Positions 38,256 to 46,395 of a DNA stretch of 64,000 nt are shown here, piece by piece (within the stretch, counting starts at the first letter, position 1; the number at the start of each line of letters is the position of its first letter). The stretch comes from Candidatus Aminicenantes bacterium. Lineage in GTDB: Bacteria; Acidobacteriota; Aminicenantia; Aminicenantales; UBA4085. The notes below the pieces were generated by a model that saw only the letters and a program-made list of their open reading frames with translations, did no database searches and was not told where the DNA came from. A program made the position numbers and the translations under genes. The DNA lies in assembly GCA_026393855.1 (NCBI GenBank), contig JAPKZJ010000061.1:37306-101305 (forward strand), read 5' to 3'.

Positions 38256-41029
38256 CGCGCCCTCCCCGAGACGACGTCGTCGCAGCGGCGGCAGAACTCC
38301 GGATGGTCCGGACTGGTGCCGACGTATTCGGAATAGGTCCAGCAGCGAAGGCATTTGCCGCCCGGCACGGGGCTGACGGCGGCTTCCAGGGCGTCGCCCG
38401 CAGCCGGCTCGACAGCCACGTCGGAGACGATGAACAGCGAAGCGAGCTGGTCGCGATACCGCTCGATCAGGCCGGCCTGCGCCGGCTGCACCCCCAGGCG
38501 GACCCGGGCCTCCAACGATGTGCCGATCTCTTTCCGCTCGCGGGCGTTTTCAAGGACCTTGAGGACCGTCTCCCGGACCGTGAGCAGTTCTTCCCACTCC
38601 GCAGCCTCGACGTCGTCCATCCATTCCTCTTTCAGGTCGGGGAAAAGCGCCAAATGGACCGATTCCTCACGGCCTACCCGGGGCGGGAGAACGTCCCAGG
38701 CTTCCTCGGCCGTGAACGGAAGGATGGGGGCCATCAGGGTCAGGGAGTCCCGCAGGATGCGGTAGAGGGCCGTCTGGGCCGAACGGCGCAGCCGCGAGGA
38801 CTTGGCCGAGCAGTATAAACGGTCTTTAAGGACGTCCAGATAGAAGGCGCTCAAGTCGACGGTGAAGAACTGGGCCAGGGCGTGATAGACGACGTGGAAT
38901 TCGTAGTCGGCATAGCCCTTGCGCATGCGCCGGCCGACCTCGGTAAAGCGGCGCAAAGCCCAGCGGTCCAGCGGTTCCATCTCCGCGGCCGGAACCGCAT
39001 CCGTGTCGGGCGAAAAGTCGGAAAGGTTGCCCAGGAGGAAGCGCCAGGTGTTGCGGATCTTCCGGTAAGCCTCGACGATGCGGGCCTCGATCTCCACCCC
39101 GTAGGGGGCGTCTTCCTTGTAATTGAGCATGGCCACCCACAGGCGCAGGATTTCGGCTCCGCCGCGGGCGATGATTTCCTTAGGCTCAATAACGTTGCCG
39201 GCCGATTTGGACATGGCCCGGCCCTTGGCGTCGAGGACGAAGCCGCAGGTGATGCAGGCGCGATAGGGCGAGCTGCCCTTGGCCCCGACCCCGATAACCA
39301 TGGAGCTGTTGAACCAGCCCCTGTGCTGGTCGTGGCCTTCAATGTAGACGTCGGCCGGCCAAGGCAGATCGGGGCGCTTACCCAGCACGTTTTGGCTGGC
39401 CCCCGACTCGAACCAGACGTCGAGGATGTTGCTTTCTTTTTCAAGGTCGGACGAGCCGCACTGCGGGCAGACCGTCCCCGGCGGCAGCAGCTCGGCCGCG
39501 GTCTTCTCGAACCAGACGTTCGAACCGCCGGCCTGGAAGAGGTCGGCCACTCGCAGGGCGATCGCCTCGTCAGCCAGGACATGCCCGCATTGGCGGCAGT
39601 CGAAGGCGGGAATAGGGACACCCCAGGACCTCTGACGGGAGATGCACCAATCCGGCCGGCCGGCCATCATGGAGGCCATGCGCTCTTCGCCCCAAGCCGG
39701 CACCCAGCGGACACGCTTGATCGCCTCCAGGGCCTTCGTTCGCAGCCCGGCCGCGTCCATCGAGATGAACCATTGGGCCGTGGCCCGGAAGATGACCGGG
39801 CTCTTGCACCGCCAGCAATGGGGGTAGGAGTGGGAGATCTCGTTCTCGTGCAGGAGCGAGCCGTCCTTTTTCATGTCTTCGTTGATGATCCGGTTGGCCT
39901 TGAAGACGTTGAGGCCGGCGTATTTCTCCACTTCGGGCAGGAAGCGGCCCTCGTCGTCGAGCGGAGCGTAAGGGTCCAGGCCGTAGGCGACCCCGGTCAG
40001 GAAGTCGTCGTGGCCATGGCCGGGCGCGGTGTGGACGGCGCCTGTTCCGTCCTCCAGGCTGACGTACTCGGCCAGGACGAACAGCGAGTCCCGATCGATG
40101 AAGGGATGTCGGGCCTTGCGCTTCTCCAGCACGCGGCCGGGGAAGACGGCCAGGACCCGGGGGTCTTTTAAGCCGCAGATCTCGGCCACCATGGGCATCA
40201 GCCGGTGGGCTGTGATGTAGACATCGCCGCCGGACTCCCAGGCCGCGTAGTCATGCTCGGGATGGAAAGCGATGGCCAGGTTGGCCGGCAGGGTCCAGGG
40301 GGTCGTCGTCCAGATGATGACCGATATCTTGCGCCCGGCCAGGGCGGGCGAGATGTCGGACAGGTCTGAAACGACCGGGAACTTGACATAGATCGAGGGC
40401 GAGGTCTTGTCCTTGTAGACGATCTCGGCCTCGGCCAAGGCCGTCTTGCAGACCGGGCACCAGTGGACGGCCCGCTTGCCTTTGAAGACGTTGCCAGAGG
40501 CGAAGAAGGCGGCCAGATGCCGGATGACCTCGGCTTCGAAAGCCGGGTCCATGGTCATGTAGGGCTTGTCCCATTCGCCGAGGATGCCCAAGCGCTTGAA
40601 GGACGATCGCTGGATGTCCAGGTATTTCAGGGCGTAGGCCCGACATTCCTCGCGGATCTGGATGAGCGAGAGCTCCTTCTTCTTGTCCCCCAGCAGCTTG
40701 TCGACGTGAATCTCGATCGGCAGGCCGTGGCAGTCCCAACCAGGGAGGTAGGGCGCCCGGAAGCCCTGCATGGTCTTGGACTTGATGATGAAGTCCTTGA
40801 GGATCTTATTCATGGCCGTACCCAAGTGGATGTTGCCGTTGGCATAGGGCGGCCCGTCGTGCAGGACGAAGGAGGGGGACGCGGCCCGGGCGGCCTGAAT
40901 TTTGTCATACAGGCCGATCTGTTCCCAACGCTGGAGGAGCTCAGGCTCCTTCAGGGACAGCTTGGCTTTCATCGCGAAGGGCGTCTGGGGCAGGTTAAGC
41001 GTGCTTTTCACATCCGGTCCGTCGGCCAT
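38252..41029 (-). CDS. ileS: Isoleucine--tRNA ligase
   Basis: 925 aa class I aaRS. HLGT (HIGH-type: PPYANGNIHLGTA), KMSKS (AMSKSAGN) and C-terminal zinc-finger cysteines (CLRCW...CRRC). Confidence 0.95.
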   Translation of the reverse strand: MADGPDVKSTLNLPQTPFAMKAKLSLKEPELLQRWEQIGLYDKIQAARAASPSFVLHDGPPYANGNIHLGTAMNKILKDFIIKSKTMQGFRAPYLPGWDCHGLPIEIHVDKLLGDKKKELSLIQIREECRAYALKYLDIQRSSFKRLGILGEWDKPYMTMDPAFEAEVIRHLAAFFASGNVFKGKRAVHWCPVCKTALAEAEIVYKDKTSPSIYVKFPVVSDLSDISPALAGRKISVIIWTTTPWTLPANLAIAFHPEHDYAAWESGGDVYITAHRLMPMVAEICGLKDPRVLAVFPGRVLEKRKARHPFIDRDSLFVLAEYVSLEDGTGAVHTAPGHGHDDFLTGVAYGLDPYAPLDDEGRFLPEVEKYAGLNVFKANRIINEDMKKDGSLLHENEISHSYPHCWRCKSPVIFRATAQWFISMDAAGLRTKALEAIKRVRWVPAWGEERMASMMAGRPDWCISRQRSWGVPIPAFDCRQCGHVLADEAIALRVADLFQAGGSNVWFEKTAAELLPPGTVCPQCGSSDLEKESNILDVWFESGASQNVLGKRPDLPWPADVYIEGHDQHRGWFNSSMVIGVGAKGSSPYRACITCGFVLDAKGRAMSKSAGNVIEPKEIIARGGAEILRLWVAMLNYKEDAPYGVEIEARIVEAYRKIRNTWRFLLGNLSDFSPDTDAVPAAEMEPLDRWALRRFTEVGRRMRKGYADYEFHVVYHALAQFFTVDLSAFYLDVLKDRLYCSAKSSRLRRSAQTALYRILRDSLTLMAPILPFTAEEAWDVLPPRVGREESVHLALFPDLKEEWMDDVEAAEWEELLTVRETVLKVLENARERKEIGTSLEARVRLGVQPAQAGLIERYRDQLASLFIVSDVAVEPAAGDALEAAVSPVPGGKCLRCWTYSEYVGTSPDHPEFCRRCDDVVSGRAR

Positions 41030-41324
41030 GGGGTTCTCTCCGCCTGAAAATTAACGGCTTATTATAGAACATCCGGCTCCCAGAGACCATAATGCGGTCA
41101 AAGGAACCTCTATAGACAAACATGCGGAGTTCCGTAAGATACTTAATTCCGAAGGCGCCGAACACTTTTAATTTTATTGATATCACCTCCCCAGCCCCTC
41201 CTTCCAAGGAGGGAACCGGTAAGCGCCTTCGGCTGCATGTGCCGAGACGAACTGTGGGAAAAGGCGTTAAAGACCCGAAGCCGCCGGGACGGTACTCCGA
41301 ACCGCGTTTCCCGAGGTCGGGAGA

Positions 41325-42899
41325 TCAGTCGACCCGGTAGTGGGCCCCGGCGCTGACGGGGTTGGCCAGGGCGGCATGGACGATGAGGAGGGCCGTCTCG
41401 ATGCCGTGCCGGAGCCCGACCAGGGAGGCGTCCATGACCGCCTCGCGGTAGAACCGTTCGATCCGGTGGCGCAGATACTCCAGATCCGCCTTGGCCCGCT
41501 CCAGCCGCTTGCCCCGGCGCAGGACGCCGGCGTAGTTCCACATGGTCGAGCGGATGGTCAGCCAGTCCTGGTTGATCAGAGCCGGGTCGATGGCTTCCTC
41601 GCGGGTCGGATAATACCACTCGTGGATTTCGGAATCCGGGATGAGCTCGGCCGGGGCGAAGCGGGCGACGATATCCCTGGCCGCCCGCGTCCCCCAGACC
41701 AGACCCTCCAGGAGCGAGGTTGAGGCCAGCCGGTTGGCACCGTGGACACCCGTGCAGGAGACTTCGCCGACCGCATAGAGCCCCTTGAGCGACGTCCTCC
41801 CCTGCCCGTCGACCAGGACGCCGCCGCAGCAGTAGTGGGCCGCCGGGACGACCGGGATGGGGTCGCGGGCGATGTCGATGCCGTAGCGGGCGCAGGTCTT
41901 GGCGATGTTGGGGAACCGCTTGACGATATCGATGGTCGCGTAGGAGGCCAGGTCTAAAAGGACATGGCTGGTGTTGGCGTTGATCATCTCCTCGTAAATG
42001 GCCCGGGCCACTTCGTCACGCGGGGCCAGGTCAGCCCGGTCGCTGTATTTCTCCATGAACGTCCGGCCGTCCAGGGTCTTGAGCCGGGCCCCTTCGCCGC
42101 GCACCGTCTCCGAAATCAGGAATCCTGGCGCGTCGCGGTGATAGAGGATCGTCGGATGGAACTGGACGTACTCCATGTTCACGATGCGGACCGCGGCCCG
42201 GTAAGCCATGGCGAAGCCGGCTCCGTTGGCACCGGGAGGGTTCGAAGTGTTCAGGAAGACGGACCCGCAGCCGCCCGTAGCCAGGACGGTCGTCTGGGCC
42301 AGGATCGTCCGGACGCGCCGCGAAGCGTTCTCAAGGACATAGGCTCCCAGGCAGCGCGGCTCCCGGTAGTACGCGACGGGATCCTTCGAATGATGCGGCA
42401 CCGTCAGCAGGTCGACCGCGGTCTGGCCGGTCAGGAGGCGGATGGTGGGAAAGCGGGCCAGGGCGGCTAGGAAATGCTCCTCGATCGTGCGGCCGGTCGT
42501 ATCCTCGACGTGGAGGATGCGCCGTCGGGAATGGCTGGCCTCCTGGGCGTAGTCGAGAGCGCCGGACGCGTCGCGGTCGAACGGCACCGCCAGCTCGCCC
42601 CGCAGGACGCTGTCGACGAGAGCCCGGCCGTCCGCGACCAGGATGTCAACCGCGGCGGGATCGCTCAATCCGTCGCCGGTCCGGATAATGTCGTCGCGCA
42701 GGATGGCGGGTTCGTCGTCGGGACCCAAGGTGACGATCCCGCCTTGAGCGTAGTAGGTGTTCGATTCCTCGGCCGCGGATTCTTTGGCCAGGACGACCAC
42801 GTTCAGGCCGGCCTTGGCCGCCTCGAAAGCGGCGCTGGCCCCGGCGATGCCGCAGCCGATGATCAGGACGTCGGTCCGAATCGTCTCAGCCGCGGCCAT
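41325..42899 (-). CDS. nadB: L-aspartate oxidase
   Basis: Start set at ATG 42899 (MAAAETIRTDVLIIGCGIAGASAA FAD motif). ATG 42935 is an in-frame alternative. Flavoprotein motifs are present throughout (YAQGGI, HYCCGGV). Confidence 0.9.
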   Translation of the reverse strand: MAAAETIRTDVLIIGCGIAGASAAFEAAKAGLNVVVLAKESAAEESNTYYAQGGIVTLGPDDEPAILRDDIIRTGDGLSDPAAVDILVADGRALVDSVLRGELAVPFDRDASGALDYAQEASHSRRRILHVEDTTGRTIEEHFLAALARFPTIRLLTGQTAVDLLTVPHHSKDPVAYYREPRCLGAYVLENASRRVRTILAQTTVLATGGCGSVFLNTSNPPGANGAGFAMAYRAAVRIVNMEYVQFHPTILYHRDAPGFLISETVRGEGARLKTLDGRTFMEKYSDRADLAPRDEVARAIYEEMINANTSHVLLDLASYATIDIVKRFPNIAKTCARYGIDIARDPIPVVPAAHYCCGGVLVDGQGRTSLKGLYAVGEVSCTGVHGANRLASTSLLEGLVWGTRAARDIVARFAPAELIPDSEIHEWYYPTREEAIDPALINQDWLTIRSTMWNYAGVLRRGKRLERAKADLEYLRHRIERFYREAVMDASLVGLRHGIETALLIVHAALANPVSAGAHYRVD

Positions 42900-43812
42900 G
42901 ATCGACCTTCTCGCGGAGCCTTCGCTCCAACCCATCCAATGGGACCCGGGGCTCGTCGCGGCCCAGCGGGCCGATCAGCTCCAGGCTGATGTCCGCCGCG
43001 GCAGCGGAATGGGTCAGACGGCCGATCGAGACGAAAGCGACGCCCAGAGCGGCGATCGCGGGCAGGCGCTTCAGGTCGACATTGCCCGAAACTTCGATCG
43101 GGACGCGGCCTGCGACCCAGGCTGTGATCTTGCGCATGGCCGCGATAGACACGTTGTCGAGCATGATCCGATCGGCCCCGGCCTCGACGGCCTCGCGGGC
43201 CTGGGCGAAGCTCGTCACCTCGACCTCGATCTTCATGCCGCGGCCGACCTTGCGGCGGGCCCGGGCGACGGCATCGGCGATGCCGGGGACGAGGAGAAGA
43301 TGGTTGTCCTTGATCAGGACCATATCGGAGAGACCCATCCGGTGGTTGACGCCGCCGCCGGCGGCCACGGCTTGTTTCTCCAGGACGCGCAGCCCCGGGG
43401 TCGTCTTACGGGTGTCGAGGAGCCGGGTCTTCGTCCCGGCCAGGACGTCGGCATAACGGCGGGTTACGGTCGCGATGCCGGACAGGCGCTGCAGGAAATT
43501 GAGTGCCGTCCGCTCGGCTAGCAGGAGCCCGGCCGCCTTGCCCTCGACTTCGGCCAGGATATCGCCGGGACGAAACCGATCGCCGTCCTTGAGCAGGCGG
43601 TTGAACGAGACGCGCGGATCGACCCGGCGAAAGACCCGGGCGGCCACTTCCAGGCCGGCCAGAACGCCATCCTGCTTGGCCATCAAAACGGCCCTGGCCA
43701 GCAGGCCCGGGGGAAGAAGGCTCTGCGAAGTGATATCCCCCTTAGGGGCGTCCTCGCGCAAAGCGGCCGTAATAACCCGATCGGCCGCGTCGAGCCAAGC
43801 TGTTTTCTTCAC
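42886..43812 (-). CDS. nadC: Nicotinate-nucleotide pyrophosphorylase (quinolinate phosphoribosyltransferase)
   Basis: 308 aa with a GTG start at 43812. ...REDAPKGDITSQ..., LDTRKTTPGLR, MLDN and the ...SIGRLTHSA... pattern. A ~25-aa C-terminal tail overlaps the nadB start. Confidence 0.9.
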   Translation of the reverse strand: MKKTAWLDAADRVITAALREDAPKGDITSQSLLPPGLLARAVLMAKQDGVLAGLEVAARVFRRVDPRVSFNRLLKDGDRFRPGDILAEVEGKAAGLLLAERTALNFLQRLSGIATVTRRYADVLAGTKTRLLDTRKTTPGLRVLEKQAVAAGGGVNHRMGLSDMVLIKDNHLLLVPGIADAVARARRKVGRGMKIEVEVTSFAQAREAVEAGADRIMLDNVSIAAMRKITAWVAGRVPIEVSGNVDLKRLPAIAALGVAFVSIGRLTHSAAAADISLELIGPLGRDEPRVPLDGLERRLREKVDHGRG

Positions 43813-43818
43813 CCCGGG

Positions 43819-43847
43819 ATTATAAGGTCATCGCTTTGGATCGTCAA
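43819..43847 (-). promoter_or_regulatory. Near-consensus sigma70 promoter directly abutting the nadC start codon (possible leaderless transcript)
   Basis: Minus strand: TTGACG, exactly 17 nt, TATAAT. Only 6 nt (CCCGGG) separate the -10 hexamer from GTG 43812, and no SD sequence is present. Confidence 0.5.
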
Positions 43848-43952
43848 ACCCGGATCCTCCCCGCACGATTCCCGTCCCGTTCAGCTTGGTCTTGTCCCTG
43901 CCGTCGGGATCGGTATATGATCGGGCTCCGAACGCTTCCAGAGGAGGCCGGT

Positions 43953-45344
43953 ATGGCCCGCACCGGTAAGTTCGCCGCAATCGCCGCTCAATTGGATCAG
44001 CTGAACGAGTTCGACCGCGAGCCCGTCCATCCCGACAAGCTTCAATCGGCCTCGAAGTTTATGGGCCTGTTCGCCGGGGAGCACGTGGCGGCGACCGAGT
44101 TCGTCATCGGCGCCTTCTTCGTCCTGCACGGCGTCTCGTTCGGCGACCTGCTCCTGGGCCTGCTCATCGGCAATATTTTGGCCGTCCTGTCCTGGACGTT
44201 CGTCTGCGCCCCGATCGCCGTGCGCACCCGGCTGACGCTCTATTGGTACGTGCGCAAGATCGCCGGTCCCGGCCTGACCGTCGTCTATAATATCGCCAAC
44301 GCCATCCTCTATTGCATCCTGGCCGGCGCCATGATCGCCGTCTCGGCCACGGCGATCGGCCTGGCCTTCGGCATCAAGAGCCCCAAGCTGACCGACGTCC
44401 TACCCAACAGCCTGGGCTGGGTCCTCCTAGCCATCGGCCTGGGGGCCGCCTTTACGGCCCTGGCCGTGCTGGGCTTCGAAAAGCTCAGCCGCTTCGCCCA
44501 GGGCGTATCGCCCTGGATCTTCCTCGTCTTCATCGCCGGCGCCCTGGCCTCCCTGCCCAAGCTGGGCGTCCACACGAACTTCGACAACCTCTGGGAGATC
44601 GCCCGAACCAAGATCTGGAACGGCATCCCGGTCGCCGGCCAGGAGCCGCTGGGCTTCTGGCACATCCTCTTCTTCGCCTGGTTCTGCAACTTGGCCATGC
44701 ACATCGGGCTCTCCGACATGGCCGTATTCCGCTATGCCAAGCGCTGGACGTACGGGTTTTTCACGGCCTTCGGCGTATTCCCGGGGCACTATCTGGCCTG
44801 GATCTGCTCGGGCGTCATGGTGGCCGCCGTCGGCCGCGAGATGAACCCCGGGCTGATGGCCTTTGAGGCGGCCGGATTCGCCGGCGTCGGCGCGGTCGTC
44901 CTGGCCGGCTGGACCACGGCCAACCCGACACTCTACCGGGCCGGCCTGGCCCTGCAGACGATCACGCCCGGCTGGCCGCGCTGGAAAGTGACCGTCGCGG
45001 CAGGAACGATTACGACGATCCTGGCCTGCTTCCCGATCGTCTTCATGAAGCTGCTGGACTACGTGGCCATCTACGGACTGGTCCTGATGCCGATCGGAGC
45101 CATCGTCTTCACCGAGCATTGGATACTGCCGCTGCTCAAGCTGGAGCAATTTCGGGCCGAGCATCACGGCTGGATGATCAACTGGCGCGTCCTGGCCGTC
45201 TGGATCGGCACCCTGGTCGCGGTCTTCGCCCTGCCCATCCATCTATACTTCAAATGGCTGCCCGGATACGGCATCGCCGTCGTCTTGTATCTGTTGCTGC
45301 AAGCCTGGCCCGAACGAAAGGCCGCGGCAAGGAGGCCGGCATGA
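43953..45344 (+). CDS. Polytopic membrane permease of uncertain family (NCS1/APC-superfamily-like)
   Basis: Start ATG 43953 with GAGGAGG 6 nt upstream. ~463 aa with ~12 hydrophobic segments. I cannot assign a family by eye. Confidence 0.6.
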   Translation: MARTGKFAAIAAQLDQLNEFDREPVHPDKLQSASKFMGLFAGEHVAATEFVIGAFFVLHGVSFGDLLLGLLIGNILAVLSWTFVCAPIAVRTRLTLYWYVRKIAGPGLTVVYNIANAILYCILAGAMIAVSATAIGLAFGIKSPKLTDVLPNSLGWVLLAIGLGAAFTALAVLGFEKLSRFAQGVSPWIFLVFIAGALASLPKLGVHTNFDNLWEIARTKIWNGIPVAGQEPLGFWHILFFAWFCNLAMHIGLSDMAVFRYAKRWTYGFFTAFGVFPGHYLAWICSGVMVAAVGREMNPGLMAFEAAGFAGVGAVVLAGWTTANPTLYRAGLALQTITPGWPRWKVTVAAGTITTILACFPIVFMKLLDYVAIYGLVLMPIGAIVFTEHWILPLLKLEQFRAEHHGWMINWRVLAVWIGTLVAVFALPIHLYFKWLPGYGIAVVLYLLLQAWPERKAAARRPA

Positions 45345-45514
45345 GCCGCCGTTGGTCGATCCCCCTGATGATCGTCAGCCTGGCCGTCGGGCTGGTCTTC
45401 CCGGTCCTCTACTTCCTCGGCCGGATGGACGCGGCCCGTTATAAAATCGATCTGCTGTTCGCCACCGCCGCATACTTCGTCTTCGCCGGCCTGTGGGCTT
45501 TTAAGAAAAAATAG
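45341..45514 (+). CDS. Small two-TM membrane protein translationally coupled to the upstream permease
   Basis: ATG 45341 overlaps the permease stop (ATGA), with AAGGAGG 6 nt upstream. The 57-aa product MSRRWSIPLMIVSLAVGLVFPVLYFLG...LLFATAAYFVFAGLWAFKKK has two hydrophobic helices. Confidence 0.55.
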   Translation: MSRRWSIPLMIVSLAVGLVFPVLYFLGRMDAARYKIDLLFATAAYFVFAGLWAFKKK

Positions 45515-45639
45515 GGACACATCCCGATTCCGGGATTCCAAGCGATTCGGGGTGCGCCGTTGGGGGCAACGGTGTCATGCTGCGTGAACGGTCCCTTCTG
45601 CAGCCATGATCATGGCAAGGGAACTACGCAGCAAGATCG

Positions 45640-46395
45640 GCCAACTATTCGACTTTTGAAAATTTAGACTCTCCCGTTTTTATACCTTTTGAATCATACC
45701 CGATTGACATAATTTCTTTAGGATTTAAAATTACGTACTCATGAATCCACAAAATAACTTCTGGATTAAAATTGTCAACCACATTTCCCCTAATGGTATT
45801 TTCTGTAATGAACTGACCTATCCATGTAACATACTTACCATTAGGGAAAACTAAAAAACCTTTTATTTTGCCATCTCTATCGTCAAAACCACTAAGCTCC
45901 ATAAAAACTGGAGATTTTTCACCTTTAATTTCATTGGTTACAGTTATTATCACTGCTTTCCCAAATAACTTAGTTTCCAAAATTTGAACAGTGCCTTCGT
46001 CTATAGTGCTCTGCCATGTGCCGAGCAATTGTTTCATTAACTCCATTTGATTGAGTTTTGACTGTATGGTTTGTGCTGGTATTTCATTTGAAAAGAGTAA
46101 AAGGAATACAGCCATCATTGTAGTCGAACAAAATTTATTCATAACCCTCCCTCTTGTTGAAGCTTTGTTGGGCCTGTATAGCCGCATTTATGCACATTCA
46201 AGCGTAGTTTTTGGGAATGGATAGGAATTTGCTTTTTCCAGTACGCACCGAATTCCCGCTCCAGCCGAAGAATCTCCCCTTTTGACCACGCCGAAAATAA
46301 CTGCCGGCCGCGCGGCGATGTCAATGACACCAAAAAAGGAAGCACCCCGAAAAAAATAATTCAACCCAGTTAATCCTTCAATCTCCATTTAACTC
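45640..46395. other. AT-rich islet (putative horizontally acquired insert)
   Basis: Hand counts: lines 45721-45780 and 45901-45960 are 30% and 28% G+C, whereas 45001-45060 is 55% and 46441-46500 is 73%. The transitions are abrupt on both sides. Confidence 0.8.
45645..46142 (-). CDS. Small secreted hypothetical protein (possibly a lipocalin/DUF1579-like beta-barrel), encoded in the AT-rich islet
   Basis: Start ATG 46142 with GGGAGGG upstream. Signal peptide MNKFCSTTMMAVFLLLFSNEIPAQ. The mature N-terminus has an LLGTWQS motif, followed by beta-rich sequence. Codon usage is strongly AT-biased, unlike its neighbours. Confidence 0.65.
   Translation of the reverse strand: MNKFCSTTMMAVFLLLFSNEIPAQTIQSKLNQMELMKQLLGTWQSTIDEGTVQILETKLFGKAVIITVTNEIKGEKSPVFMELSGFDDRDGKIKGFLVFPNGKYVTWIGQFITENTIRGNVVDNFNPEVILWIHEYVILNPKEIMSIGYDSKGIKTGESKFSKVE

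Noticed and set aside
41030-41324. T-box leader or other known riboswitch upstream of ileS
   Set aside because: On the ileS strand I could not find the T-box consensus (AGGGTGGNACCGCG-like) or a specifier/antiterminator arrangement. I keep it only as an unassigned structured region.
42900-42935. Longer nadB start at ATG 42935
   Set aside because: The extra 12 residues (MGWSEGSARRSI) precede the usual position of the FAD-binding DVLIIGxGxAG motif and overlap more of nadC. ATG 42899 gives a typical N-terminus. The longer form is not excluded.
43813-43952. NAD+ (nadA-motif) riboswitch upstream of nadC-nadB
   Set aside because: The best promoter lies only 6 nt from the nadC start codon, leaving no room for a leader RNA. 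The remaining intergenic sequence belongs to the divergent permease promoter and 5' region.
45515-45644. Possible tRNA or att site at the left edge of the AT-rich islet
   Set aside because: I found no cloverleaf features: no GTTCRANYC T-loop and no matching acceptor stem. Only an imperfect inverted repeat around GCCATGATCATGGC is present, and I mention it in the islet finding.
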